From assembly GCA_963924565.1 (NCBI GenBank), contig OZ004607.1, forward strand, positions 23,994,001-24,058,000: a stretch of 64,000 bases of DNA. Reading direction: 5' to 3'. Source of the stretch: Ascidiella aspersa (taxonomy: Eukaryota). The position numbers and the translations under genes are program-made. The notes below the pieces were generated by a model. That model did not search any database. It was not told the DNA's origin and worked only from the letters and a program-made list of their open reading frames with translations. Below are positions 24,389 to 36,720 of the stretch, one piece after another (the first letter of the stretch is position 1; each line of letters begins with the position of its first letter).

Positions 24389-27300
24389 TCACGCCTTGGT
24401 GGCGTTTATCTGGGCCATCTTGCATTCAAGTTTCTTCTGCAACTTGCAGCACTCTAAGAACGTCGCCATCTTCTCCATGTCCATCCTTTCGCTGTTGTCG
24501 GCCGGTAGGTGGGCGTCTATGACGGGCTTGGCGATGCTTGTATACTTTTCAGCCAGGTCATACTGGTCGGTCCTGTAGTAGAGGGTAACCAGCTTGTAGA
24601 TTTCGCGTCCGTATTCGATGCTCGACGATCCGAACTTCATCCCGACCACTTTTGCGCTGACCAGAAGGTGCTCGATGGCACGCAGATGCGACGCACGGTC
24701 GTCCAATTTGCTGCCACAAGGAAGCGAACGATCAAACGTGTTGTTAAGTTGTTGTTACAAACAAACACAGGAAAGCGATTTAACGAAGCTTTTACTGTTT
24801 AAAAAAGGAAAACAAGTAAGGCTTATTTTATATAAAAACTAATATATCTACAATTTTTTTTTTTTGATAAAAATCGTTCATGAAACAGCGTTTGTCTATT
24901 AATAATAATAGTATTAATAATTAGGGCAATTATTTTTTGACTTAAAACTGAGAAATTTTGTCCTAGAATAATAATTTTGACCAGTTAGGAATATATAGAT
25001 TTAAACAACGCTTTATTGTATTAAGTAATGCATTACTGCCTCATGGGGTTGTCAGTCGTTTGTTTTTTATGTTTTATTGTAGCCGGTGGAACACAAAATC
25101 GTTTTTTCGGGTTTAGGTAAACTCCTAAAAATGCTTGACGTTAGTTATTTTAAAAAATTGTTGACCGAACAGTTTCGTTTAAATACAAGGTTAAAATAAT
25201 TGATAAAATTAACAAATACCTAGGATATTTTTGAAAATAAAAATGGAAGAATTACAAATCATTACCTAAAAAAAAGAGATAAAACTGTTTAATACATTTG
25301 TCCAAGTCACAGATTTGCAACTATTTGAACCCAAATCGATAGTAATAAACTAAACGACAATTTGGAAAATATAACTACAGATTTTGCTAATATTTAAAAG
25401 ATTTTTTTAATGCTATGTAGTAGTTAATGGGATATTCCGATTCTTGATATTTTATTCTGATACCGATACCCGACATTTTGAACAAAAAGTGTCGCGATGC
25501 GATACAAAATTTCGCCATTGCTATGGTCAAACAAGTACATTGATGTGGGCGTTTGCACCTCCAAATAAATATTATTACTGCCTTTTGATAAATATATATA
25601 TTTTACGGCGGTAGAAAACGAGCCATGCGGTTTCAAATCATACTACCACTTGTTATCTGGTATTACCCCCGATCCGAAATCATGGGACATCCTTAGTAGT
25701 TAATTTGCTATATTCAATAGATTAGAAGTAAACATATTTTATTTGGCTATTGTAACTGAATGAAAATATTGGTGGGTCGTTAATATCCAATGGGGTAAAA
25801 GTAAGAAGTTATATGATACTTGGCTATATGAATTGAATGAAAGCAACAAAAGCAATCTACTTATTACCGTACACAATCATGCGGTTTTACACTATATTTG
25901 TAATGCATAAATAATATTTACCTGAGGCAAAAAGCTATCTGATCATGTAATCCGGCAAGCGTTTCATGATTTTTGTATAAAATTCCCTCCATTACTTTTA
26001 AACCGTTCATAAGCGTTTGAAGATTTCTTTTTAAATCTCCATTCATGACTTTGATAGATTCAACACTTATGATTTGCTGTAAAAAATAGACTGTATTATT
26101 ATTTCACAATGCAAGACGGCTTGTCCAAACAACACAAACAGTGATTTTTCAGTTAGCTTTAAATTTGATTTTTATTCCATTTTCACAAATTGGTTAACAA
26201 AAAGTACTAGACATAAAAGCATGAATGAACAAACCCTGATTACTAATATAATCCTGTAGGCATATTTTTATACTATTTGGATTTTTAATAACTGTTTTTT
26301 ATGTCTTAAACTATCTAAATGTAGGTGATGTTTTTACGGTGGCATTGGATCTGAGATTGAAAACCTAAACTGATGTTACACAGTTAAAGTAATTCTGCTC
26401 AGCAGGACAAACCATCGTTCTTGTGTAAATGTTTTGCGCCTCTGTCAGGTTTTGGGTTCGCCTGCAAGCCTCGTCTGCACATCTTCCCCATATCGATTTA
26501 TCTTCTCTTGTGTTGGTTATCTTCACAGGACCACTACAAGCCTCACATTTATAGGCAGTCAGCTGCTGTACGAAGGCGCGGTCATCTGAGTTGCCTTCAA
26601 AGAAAAGTAAAATAAAATTTTATGCAGAGGCAGGGTGAATCGAAAAAGCAGTAAGTTAAACAGGATCAACATGCTGCATGCTGTACAATGCATCAAACAG
26701 GGACTTTTAAGTAAGCTCTATAAACCAAGGCTTCTTATGAACAAAACGTTTTTTTATATAAAGAAATCAAAAAGATTCAGCTATATTATTTATTCTTAAA
26801 AAAAACACCTGTTTTATGCCTTAGGCAAGCTTTGCACTGGCACTTAAAGAAATACTGTTCCTCCAGTATCTTCTGTCGGTCTTTATATGAGTGGCGAGTC
26901 AAACAAGGTCCATAGCAGTGGGTCACCTCTTCTCCAGTTGTCAGTGATCGAATCATTTTGACCTGAATGCATGTATTACAAAAATTTGAATGTATAGCCG
27001 CAATTATAGAAGCGTGCAACCTTAAAGATAATAGTGTGCCTAAAACTTTTAGTAATTAAAAAAATACCAGTTTTGTGTTACAAATATGCATTCAGGCATT
27101 TATACGAAAAAAAAATTGATGATATTATGGTATTTACCTATTACCTACCATATGTGTATAACAGGTGATTATCAAGTTATGGCGATATTGTTATGTAGGA
27201 AGTATGCATCAAAGTTTTTTCATTTACTTAGTGTGCCTCAAGCCAAAGAGGTTTGAGAACCAATTATGGAACAATGTTTTATAAACATGTTTATCAATAT

Positions 27301-30300
27301 AAGTATTAGTATACAAATATTATTAAACATTAGAAACCCAAAGAAAATTAAATCTGACAAGACAACACATTTATTATATTTAAGGGGCATAGTGTTTAAA
27401 AAATACCCAAAGAGGAAGACATAATGTAGAATAAATGTTTTAATATAAATATGATTGGACCTGAAGCCTTGTAAAAGTAGCAGACCATGCAAAGGGGTTT
27501 AAACACTATTTCAAATGTTACCGTAAGTTGGTTTCCAGAAAAACTGACAAATGTATTGTTATCACAACTGTGATTCATCAGGCTTGCATAAGGAAAGACA
27601 GCGATGGCAATGCGCTGCTGAGAAACAGTGGGGACATCTATAAAACCAATAAGACATGTAAATAATTAATAAACTAATTTTTTTTTTAAACAAGACAACT
27701 TACCTTGATCAGTGTTTTCATTTACAAGTTCGGTAATAGCTTGTGTGTTTGTAAAAAGCTGAAGCATGTGATGTTTGATTAGATTTGAGAGAACACCATG
27801 AAAGGTTTTTGGAAGTTCTGTAAAAAAGAAAATGCGTTGCTATAAATGTTTATAACTATGAATCGTTTTATATTTTATTTTTAGAATAACTCGTTAGTTA
27901 GGTTAAGGTAGTATATAAATATAAAATAAATAGTGAAAAGCAATATTCTTACCTTTGCTGAACAAGTGGGGCTGTTGTTTAAGGTTAAAGTTTGGTATTT
28001 TCTCAGCAAACTTAGTGCATATATTCTCCACTTTTGTTCGAAAGGTACAGATATCAAATAAGGCTTTATCGAAATTGCCTTGCTGTCCAGCTAAACTTAA
28101 CCTGTTGAAAATCTGTTTTAGCTGCAGTTGCAAGGTATCCTTTTGGTGCTTTTTGTCAGTAGAGGAAGTACCAACACACAACTCAAGTACAGTCGCAATG
28201 CATCTAGCCATTTCCTCACATCTTGAAACAGTGGCCTTTGGGTGTTCTTGTATGTGTGACTGGAGACAATAAACACTCCAGTATTTACCATAATATTTTC
28301 CATCATCTGGGTTACATCCAGATGCATTTTCATTTATTTCATTGCTGATTGTCCATTTCTTTTTGGGATTGGATCCTGATTTTGCTTTGAGTTTTGCAAA
28401 AGTCTCCTTAATACTGGTGGATATTGACTCAACAGTGTGACCGCTAATTAACTCTTTGCCGTTAGCAGTGTTTAGAGTTGAAAGCTCATAGCTACCACAG
28501 AGTATAAGTCTCACAGCAAGATGGAGTGTTGGTTGCAACTGAAAAATATAAAAGTCATATAAGACAAGAACAGACACCTAATATTAATATCAAACCAATG
28601 CCATAACAAAACTGTAATTTTAGCTTTAGACTGGGGTAATGATAAATTCAAAAAGAAGGTCGAATTTTATTTTCCATTTTCCGCCTGCACTATAACATGC
28701 CTTAAATTTAGGAAATACCCCAAGCCAGTAGTGGTTCTTAAAGGGCTAGTAATTATTAGAATTCAACTACTCAAGTAGTTTTTGTGCTGAACAGACTCTA
28801 AGCAGATAACAGTCAGCTAAAGCTAACATTTAGACAAGTGTTTCCCAGTGTGTGTGGTACTTTACCCTTGTAAACATTGATGGATTGCAGGAGGGCGTTT
28901 TAAGTCTTTTTTATGTGGGGGCGCAACATACATATAAGGGTCATTATCCAAATTCCATTGTATTACACATTGTGTTACTTGTGTTGTGACATCACTTAAT
29001 ATCTTGCATCTAAAACTTTTATTCCACTACCTAACAAATATCCTAGATATGTCCCAGGTGTACTGTGATAAGGCACAGGCGTTATGAAAATTTGTTGAGT
29101 TCAAGGAAGCACAAAAAAAAACATTGGAAAGCACTGTGTGCAATCTTTTCCTTGTGTTGGAAACTTAAACCAAGATTGCCAAATGTGTGACTGATTTTAA
29201 GATATTCATAATTCCACTAATGCTATGCTAAATTATGAGAATGTCATTCAGTGTTTGAAAATCTGTTTCAGTTGAATCAGCAGTTACACTAACATCAGCT
29301 ATCTGCGCACAGACAATAAACAACAATCAATTGAGCCTAACTCAACATTTTTAGCAAGAAAAAAAGAAAGGTTGTTTTAAAGATTTTGTGTTTTAAATTA
29401 TGTATTGTCCTTTTTTCAACCGCATACATAAACTTCTGTTTCATTGCATATTTCTCTCTGCATGTGTAATAAACTATTTTATGCACTGATGTGTTTAATG
29501 CACAATTGCCAATCTGAAATAAATAGAATAGTGAGCTTTACAGAGAAGATATATACTGTGTATGGTGTCCAACCAGCCCTAAATGCAAAAAAATAAAGAT
29601 AGCAGTTTGTGATAAATTTTGTGTTTGCATTACCTTAATATGCTTGACATTACTACATAACAAACAAAGATGCTTTATACCAGTGGTTCTCAACCTTTTG
29701 GTTCTCGCGACCCCTTTTAAGTTTTCGATATATCTTGCGCGACACCCAATTATAGTGTAAGATAAATAAACCTCAGTAAATCAAAAACACATTTTAAAAT
29801 TGGATTTCTGAGATTGTATCAAAATGTGGCTAAAATGTTCTATGTACAACAAGCTAAAGTTACGATTTGAGCCAGGGTTGCTAGAGATTGACATTTTAGG
29901 TCAAATCATATTTAGCATGAACCTAGTGCGATACTAAAGGGAATCAATGGAGGTAACTATTATTGGTGAGCAAACAAAATCCCTTACAAATTTACAAAAC
30001 GGTTAGTCGTTAACAGCAGTGCAATTATTAAGCTGTCTGTAAATTTTATTTCCTTTTTCCAAAATGGTAAGACCAAAATGTTATTACCAGTATTCTGTGG
30101 ATGTTTCGGAAAAGTGTATTTAAAATGTTATGATACCGCTGAAAAGAAGAAATACTTTGCCTGTAACCTATTGTACACCTAGCACAAATTTTATTGTTAC
30201 TTGGCCTAATATCAATTTGGAACTAAAGCGCCCTATTCTACACCTGATGCATTAGTACTGCAGAAAATTATTGCAGAAATACGCATCATAATCGCGAACA

Positions 30301-33300
30301 ATTTTTGAATTAACGTTGTTAAAGTCGGTATAAACAAAGTTTGTAGGCCTTGTGAGCCCGTGGTTTTACTTTATCCCACAATGTTACAAATAAATTCGGC
30401 CAAATTAGGACAGAAAGATTATTGTCCCAATGATTTACAAACCGTTGGACACAGCAGTTAAATTAGGGCAATTTATGGTTTTTGCTCAGAATTAAACGCG
30501 ACAGGTTCACTGCAGCAAAAGCGGAACGAAGACAAATGTTAGACTGGCGATTGCTTTTGCTTCTATACTGCTAAACTGTTAGTTCATAATGCCTAATTCT
30601 TATTAATATTTCCTTGATGAAATTCTACATGGCGACCCCCCCGTTGAGAACCACTGCTTTAGACAGTGAGTTAAACCCTGACAAAAGCAATATTAGCACT
30701 TATAAAAAGTGGGGTCTGGAACCCCAAACCCACTGGACATACCACTGCTTTAGACAACTAAGAGAAGTATATAAACATAATGATAAGTATATTCATGGTA
30801 ACCTGGATAATTATTCAAAACAAATATATATCATTAAACACAACAATAAATCAATGATTTTTTTGCAAACCCATATTTTTCACATATATATATGTGTTTC
30901 TAACACTATTGTTATGGTTGGTACTGTAGTTTTATGCATGTACTAAATATGTTACTATAATTATTTACCTTTAATAATACTGGACCCATACAGCATTCCA
31001 ACCAATGCGAAGTTTGCCAAGCTTGTATTCGACAACTTTCATCACAGTACAGCACGTGGGTACATCCATGGCATGGGATACCAGCTAAATTACATTCCTG
31101 CAACAAATTAGATCCATGACAATTTTTCGGGTTAAAATATTTTTTCGAAATCCAGTTCAGTTTCGCTTTCGGTTTTGAGAAATTTAAAAGTTCCAGTTCA
31201 GCTCGGGTTCAACTAAAATTATTTACAAAACTGGTTTATAATATTCCGGGTTAGATACAATATAATATGTGTTTCACCTAAAATGTTGGTCAATAAATGT
31301 AGAGAATAATTATTGAATTGTAGCGGCTCCCTAAAATCTTACAAAAGGTTCAGGTTCGGCTACTGATCAAAAAATTTGGTCCAAAACCAGTTCATGAAGT
31401 TCTAGTTAAGTTGAACTGCAGTCAGACAGGTTTCTTAATGCTACTAATACCCACAGAAAAAACACAGCAGAACAAACAAACAAACATTCTCCTTAAATTA
31501 AATGAGAGACACTATTCAAAATATCTGAGACAAACCAAAAACAGCTTCCGCAGTTTGTATATGGAGAAGATTTGGCAGTGGCACAACATCAGTAACGTAC
31601 ATCAATCAGAAAAATTAATGTAGGAATAAAGTAGTGAAATTACTTTAAAGCAAAAACTGCAGTGTGTTTTCCGGAAAGCAGCATGAAGTACTCCTGCATA
31701 GGCAATCTCTGTCAACATAGTTTCCGTTGGCGACGTCATTTTCTTTGTTGTTAAAAAGCGACCTAGGAATCGATATAACACAAATTTATTAGGAAAAAAA
31801 GTAGTTTATCAATACATGAAAAAATATGATAAAATTAATAAACGTAAGATTACAAAACAAATGCAACAAAGATAAAGTAATTTACCCACTAAAACGAATT
31901 CATACCTGTTAATTTTTTCGAATTTATGTTCAATTTTTCCAAAATGTTGTCAGGGTCAAAATCTAGATTTTCAGTATCTAAATAAAAAACAACAAACATA
32001 AAATTATGAATAGCTGTGGTAATTTACTGGATATTAATCTCACCATGTAATAGAGATGATTTGTTTGTGTGTTTGCTTTTTTCAACTTTGTGCAAAAGGT
32101 GCTGCAAGACCTTAATTTCCTGTCAAATGTAAAATTTCTATAAATAAATGTTTTATCTTCAGTAAAAAAAAACGAATATTAAACCAAAAGAAAAACATTC
32201 GTACTGTTAAAAAGCTTTTTAGTTAAAGTCATTATGGCTATACCCTATGTTTGGGGATAGCTTTGTTTAGGTTAGTGGTTCTTAACCAAGGTTCAATGTT
32301 TCAGGGATTTCGCACCAACATCCTCTGAAATAATACAATGAAGCCTACTTGGGAACTAGTTTAATTTGCGTGGAATCAATGGCCAGTTGTTCCATTAAAA
32401 ATGTAGTTTAAAACAAAAACAGATATAAAACGGAGCTTTTTACCCAACATATATTTTAACAATACGAACACAACAAATTAAACCTAATGATAAACATTAA
32501 AATCATACTTGTGCCTTATGAAAACAGAAACACAATGATGTTCTTTTATGATTTGTTCATGGGATTACACAATAAGATGGGGTGGCACATTAGGATTGTT
32601 ATTGTCTATAATATTTAATGCTAACAATATGTGCGTAACTGATAATAGTTTAGTGAATCAGTAATTCAAACACACATTTATCTCCTAAATATTAAAAGTT
32701 TACGCCCTTTTTGCATTCTGGCATTGCAAATTTGTGTACCCATGTTGGTTTGTAGTTTTTCTCTTCTTTTTTACTACCATTTTAATTGGACCAAAGTCAC
32801 CAAACCACAATAATTTCAACCATGAAAAATTGCTGACTCGATTGGCGATTTTAATTTGTTGACAGTGTTAAACAGTTTACTTAAACTTACCCTTGTTAGT
32901 TTGCTCTCAGTTTGATTAAGCAACATATTCATTGTTTCCTTGCACATTTTGTAATCTTTTAAGTGCCAGTAACACCACGCCAAACGAGAAGTTATTTTTG
33001 ACTGTCTAAAAATGCAGTAAAACCAAAAAGGTTAAAAAGAAACATTTCTAAGACAATTAAAATGTTAATTGTACTACATATATCATTAGTTGTGGTAACA
33101 ATTCAAAATGAAGTTACGTGGGCAAATAAATTAACCAGTAATCCCCAAAAGAGATACAGGAAAATTTACTTTTGTTTTTTTATGTCAAATATGAATGATA
33201 TCACACAACTTTTAACAAAAAATAGGGTTAAGTGGCAATTCAAATTTTCTACACCATATTATTGCTTGGAAACTATACCTGTGTGATATACACTATATAA

Positions 33301-36300
33301 AATTAATTTACAGGTGTCATAGAAACTATACACAAAATTTAAAACCTATTAGCCAAACATAATTTAATTAATTTAACTTGCCTTGAAGTAGGGTGTTTTC
33401 CATTTGCTAAAGCTCTAAGAACATCTTTTGCACAAAGATTAAATTTCTTTAATCGAAAAAAGACCGCAGAACGATTAGCATAGAGAAGTGCAAGAGGATA
33501 TTCTAAACAAATATGAAAAATCTTTTTATAAATCACTATCATATTGTTAAGTAAACGTACAGTATATATAAACTACAATTTGTAAAATAAAATGTTCCAA
33601 GAATAAATATCATTTTTCTTAATAATATTTTCAGCAAGTAAAAGGACACATGAGCCACGGTTTCCATTATGGCTTTAATTTATAACATCCTACCTTCAAA
33701 TTCTTCTTTTGGGTTAGATTCATCAGAGCAGCAATATGCAGGGGCAAACATCAATCCTTGAGTGTAGTTTTTGGCAGAAAACTCAAATTCCTGATCTCTA
33801 AATCGATCATTTCCCCAATTTTTGAAGGTCATACTACTGCTATAAGATTTTCCTCCAATATAAGTAAGCTTGGCTTTTACTTTTTTACCCACTAATTGAG
33901 TCATTATGATATACTTTTTAGTGGAATATTTACTTAAAAGTTAACCTGTTTTAGAATATATATGTTTGTATTTTTGTGTGTTGACACTCAGCAGGGTCAA
34001 TTTAGTGTGAAACTAAAATTCTGACAGCTACCAAAAAAAAATCTACAAAGAAATAAGGGTATTAAAAAGATTATATTGGAGCATTTAAGCACTTTATATC
34101 ACTCTTAGAATCGTATTATGTATCTCAGGTAAAAATATCCGCATTACTTTTTTTACTATAGAAAGAAAAAAATATTGGATTAAAATTTAGGTACAAAGTC
34201 TGACAGACGTCCTGTCCCACAAATACTTTTGATTAGCATTTGCGTAGGTTAAGGAATATAATAAAATAATAAATATATTAATACTTGACCCACCCTCATC
34301 CCACTGTGGAAAGCAGGGCTGGGGAACCACCGTAAAATAACATTAGCTCCGGCTCCAGCTCCGGAGCCATCAGACAATTATTAAATTGCTCCGGCTCCAG
34401 AGTTGCAAAACTCAATTCTTTGGCTCCGGCTCCAGCCCCGGAGTAGTAAAACTCATATCCTTTGGCTCCGGATCCAGCTCCGGAGCCATCAAACACACAC
34501 CCAATGACTCCGGCTCCAGCTCCGGTGCCACCAGTCACTTATTCAATGGCAAGTTTTAAAAATTGCTTTTGGCTAACTAACGTTGGAGATGGAACAAAAT
34601 ATAATTTCTTAGCTTTAGCACCACAAATTGAAAAATGGCTCCATCTCCACAAAAATAATAAAAAGGGCTCCGGCCCTGGCTCCAGCTCCACAAAAAGAAT
34701 AAAAATTGCTCCGGCTCCAGCTCCACAAAAATAAAAACAATGGCTCCGGCTCTGGCTCTGGCTCCAGAGAAAATGCTTAGCTCCGGGCTCCGGGCTCCAG
34801 CTCCGGCTCCCCAGCCCTGGTGGAAAGTATGGTAAGTTCACCGCAAGTTTTTGTTTACAGTGCAAAGTGTATGCAATATAAACAGCATCAAAAAATCATA
34901 AAGTGCACCCGGAAATTTAATGTTGCACCCGAGCGCCCTTTTTTATCGTTATTGCACGCTGGCACCTGTTTATTTCGTTCACCGCGAGATCTTGTCGAGA
35001 TCTGCCATACTTTTCAGACTGGCCGTTATCCAAACACTGAGCGACACCCTAACCTAAATAATGTGCAGAGAAAGGTACTTCTTAGTTGCTAAAAAATAAT
35101 TCAATCGATGTTTGCCTAAGTTTAAATTTTGAACTTTGCGTAGCGGCTCATACTTACAGCCTTATATGGAAAGTGGACTAGATTACATATATGGAAAGTG
35201 CACCGGTTACCGTACTTTGAATTTCGGTACGGGTTTCTCATAGCCTCTTACAACTTAAAATAGATGTAACATTAACAGAGTAGCATATCATCCAGTCTGG
35301 AAAATCATCTTGTCTGGAAAGTATGGAAGATCTCAACGTGATCTCGCAGAATCTAGGTCATTGGGTGCACTTTATGATTCTCCAACGCACTCTGTATTGC
35401 CCAGATTGCATTGTAAAGGTATGCCGCGCAAAAATTTTGCGTATTTGGGGTGCAGTTCAGATTTTTTCAGGCTGTACTTTTGAAAGGTTAAAAAACTCGC
35501 AGGTGCACTTGCCATACTTTCCACAGTGGCCTATCATTTTTATGGCAACTTTGTATTTAGCGCAAATTATACTCTCACAGAGGCAGTAAGAGAATTTGCC
35601 ATAACCCTAAGCTGCACATAATTTAACGACTTATGGAAAAAAAATAGGGTCCTATACCAGTCTTTCAAAGACTTTTCAATAATCAAATCAAGTAAAAGAC
35701 TTCTGGTACACCGAGAGTTACACTCTTTGGATTTTTTAACTACTAGAGCAATAACATCGCCACATATAACATTGCCGACTTAAACAATCAAACGTTTTCA
35801 ACCACAAATGTCATACAAAAACATCCCACATTTAGGAAAGCTTTAGAAAGACTTAGGGTAATTCCCTATAATGAAAAAAAAACATAAAAATGTTAAACTA
35901 CATGGAGACAAGGCTGGCAAATAATTTGGGGCTCAATTTGGTACGTAAAAAAAACAAAAATGTAAAATGATGCTTGGCCCAGTCACCCCCCAAAAGCTAA
36001 CTCGCAACCTAACCCAAATAATGTGCGTTGGGATAGGATTTTAATGAGCATCATTTGTAGACGGTACCTTTTTATTTTGTTTTTTCGTTACTTTCTACGT
36101 ACCAAATTGATAGAGCCCCAATAGTTTAGAAAGGCAAATAATTAAAATCTAATTAGGTGGAGCGTAGTGCTTCATACTGTTGCAATGAAATGAATCAAGT
36201 TAATAAATGTTTAAGTGTACTCAAGTCACTGTGTTTAAATGACTTGTCTTGAAAAAGTCATTGGGATGTATTCCATGAAACATTTTTTGTAAAATTTGTT

Positions 36301-36344
36301 AAGTTTCTTACCCCAATTTCGGCTTCAAACAGTTTCCTTGCCAT
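24389..36344 (-). CDS. SMYD4: SET and MYND domain protein 4 (TPR + split SET + MYND); 5'-most exons tentative
   Basis: TPR segments KNWGNDRF...YTQGLMFAP and LALLYANRSAVF. MYND IPCHGCTHVLYCDESCRIQAWQTSHWLEC. SET AVFPYASLMNHSCDNN and GEEVTHCYGP. Post-SET YFFKCQCKAC. C-terminal FGSSSIEYGREIYKL. Putative start MARKLFEAEIG at 36344. Confidence 0.92.
25428..25695. mobile_element. hAT-type MITE (CCGATA-repeat family) in a SMYD4 intron
   Basis: TGGGATATTCC...GGACATCCTTA termini. Perfect TSD GTAGTTAA. Related CCGATAC arrays at ~9753-9820 and ~52610-52885. Confidence 0.75.
29681..30656. mobile_element. hAT/Charlie-type non-autonomous element in a SMYD4 intron
   Basis: TIR CAGTGGTTCTCAAC. TSD CTTTATAC/CTTTAGAC (7/8). 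Confidence 0.85.
34302..35027. mobile_element. CAC-terminated non-autonomous transposon (Chapaev-like by structure), interrupted by a hAT MITE
   Basis: Left end CACTGTGGAAAG[insert]TATGGTAAG and right end ...CCATACTTTTCAGACTGGCCGTT. 4-bp TSD ATCC (34298-34301 and 35028-35031). It splits a TAACCC module. A second, inverted copy lies at ~35290-35528. Confidence 0.65.
34314..34819. mobile_element. hAT-type MITE with (GGCTCC)n subterminal arrays
   Basis: TIR CAGGGCTGGGGA. Perfect TSD GTGGAAAG (34306-34313 and 34820-34827). Confidence 0.9.
35290..35528. mobile_element. Second, inverted copy of the CACTGTG-terminated element
   Basis: Ends in GGTGCACTTGCCATACTTTCCACAGTG. GTCTGGAAAGTATGGAAGATCTC and GGGTGCACTTTATGATT match the reverse complement of 34895-35022. 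Confidence 0.65.
35928..36119. mobile_element. MITE with GG-starting TIRs and 8-bp TSD carrying the TAACCC module
   Basis: TIR GGGGCTC..AATTTGGTACGTA. TSD AATAATTT/AATAGTTT (7/8). Confidence 0.7.
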
Positions 36345-36720
36345 ATGTTACATTTGTTGTTCGGAAATTAAAATATCGATCATGATTGGAGAAGTTTCCA
36401 AAGTTGATTTGAATAATTAGTTTTATAAAAACTACTTGAACTTCTATGACAATGACTTAAGTAGTTATTTTCGCAAACGACTTCCAATCATTACAAAATT
36501 AACTTGTTTACAACATTGGTGCATAGAGCACTTTATTAAAAGTTTTGTCCTGTTTATTGTGCTTTTATGAGTTTACCTCCACAATTTATATTATATTTAC
36601 AACATATGGGTGACTGTGGAAAAACCTAATTAAGTTTAACCTTTTCTGCAGTTAATTTATAAGTTTTACTTATTCACATTAATAGATAAGTTCATATATT
36701 GTCTAAAAAAACAAACTGAT
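36345..36720. promoter_or_regulatory. Candidate compact bidirectional promoter, SMYD4/SLC30A6
   Basis: Divergent putative start codons are about 375 bp apart. Three CCAAT/ATTGG boxes lie at ~36385, ~36484 and ~36515. Confidence 0.4.

Noticed and set aside
34302-34852. Apparent V(D)J recombination signal (CACTGTG + 23 nt + AGTTTTTGT after removing the MITE)
   Set aside because: The nonamer-like sequence has the wrong orientation relative to the heptamer, the spacing differs in the sister copy, and the TSD is 4 bp rather than the 5 bp of Transib/RAG. Kept only as a Chapaev-like end.
34296-34865. ORFs rich in GAGAG / PAPAP / WSxS repeats
   Set aside because: They are translations of the (GGCTCC)n arrays of a MITE with TIRs and an 8-bp TSD inside a SMYD4 intron.
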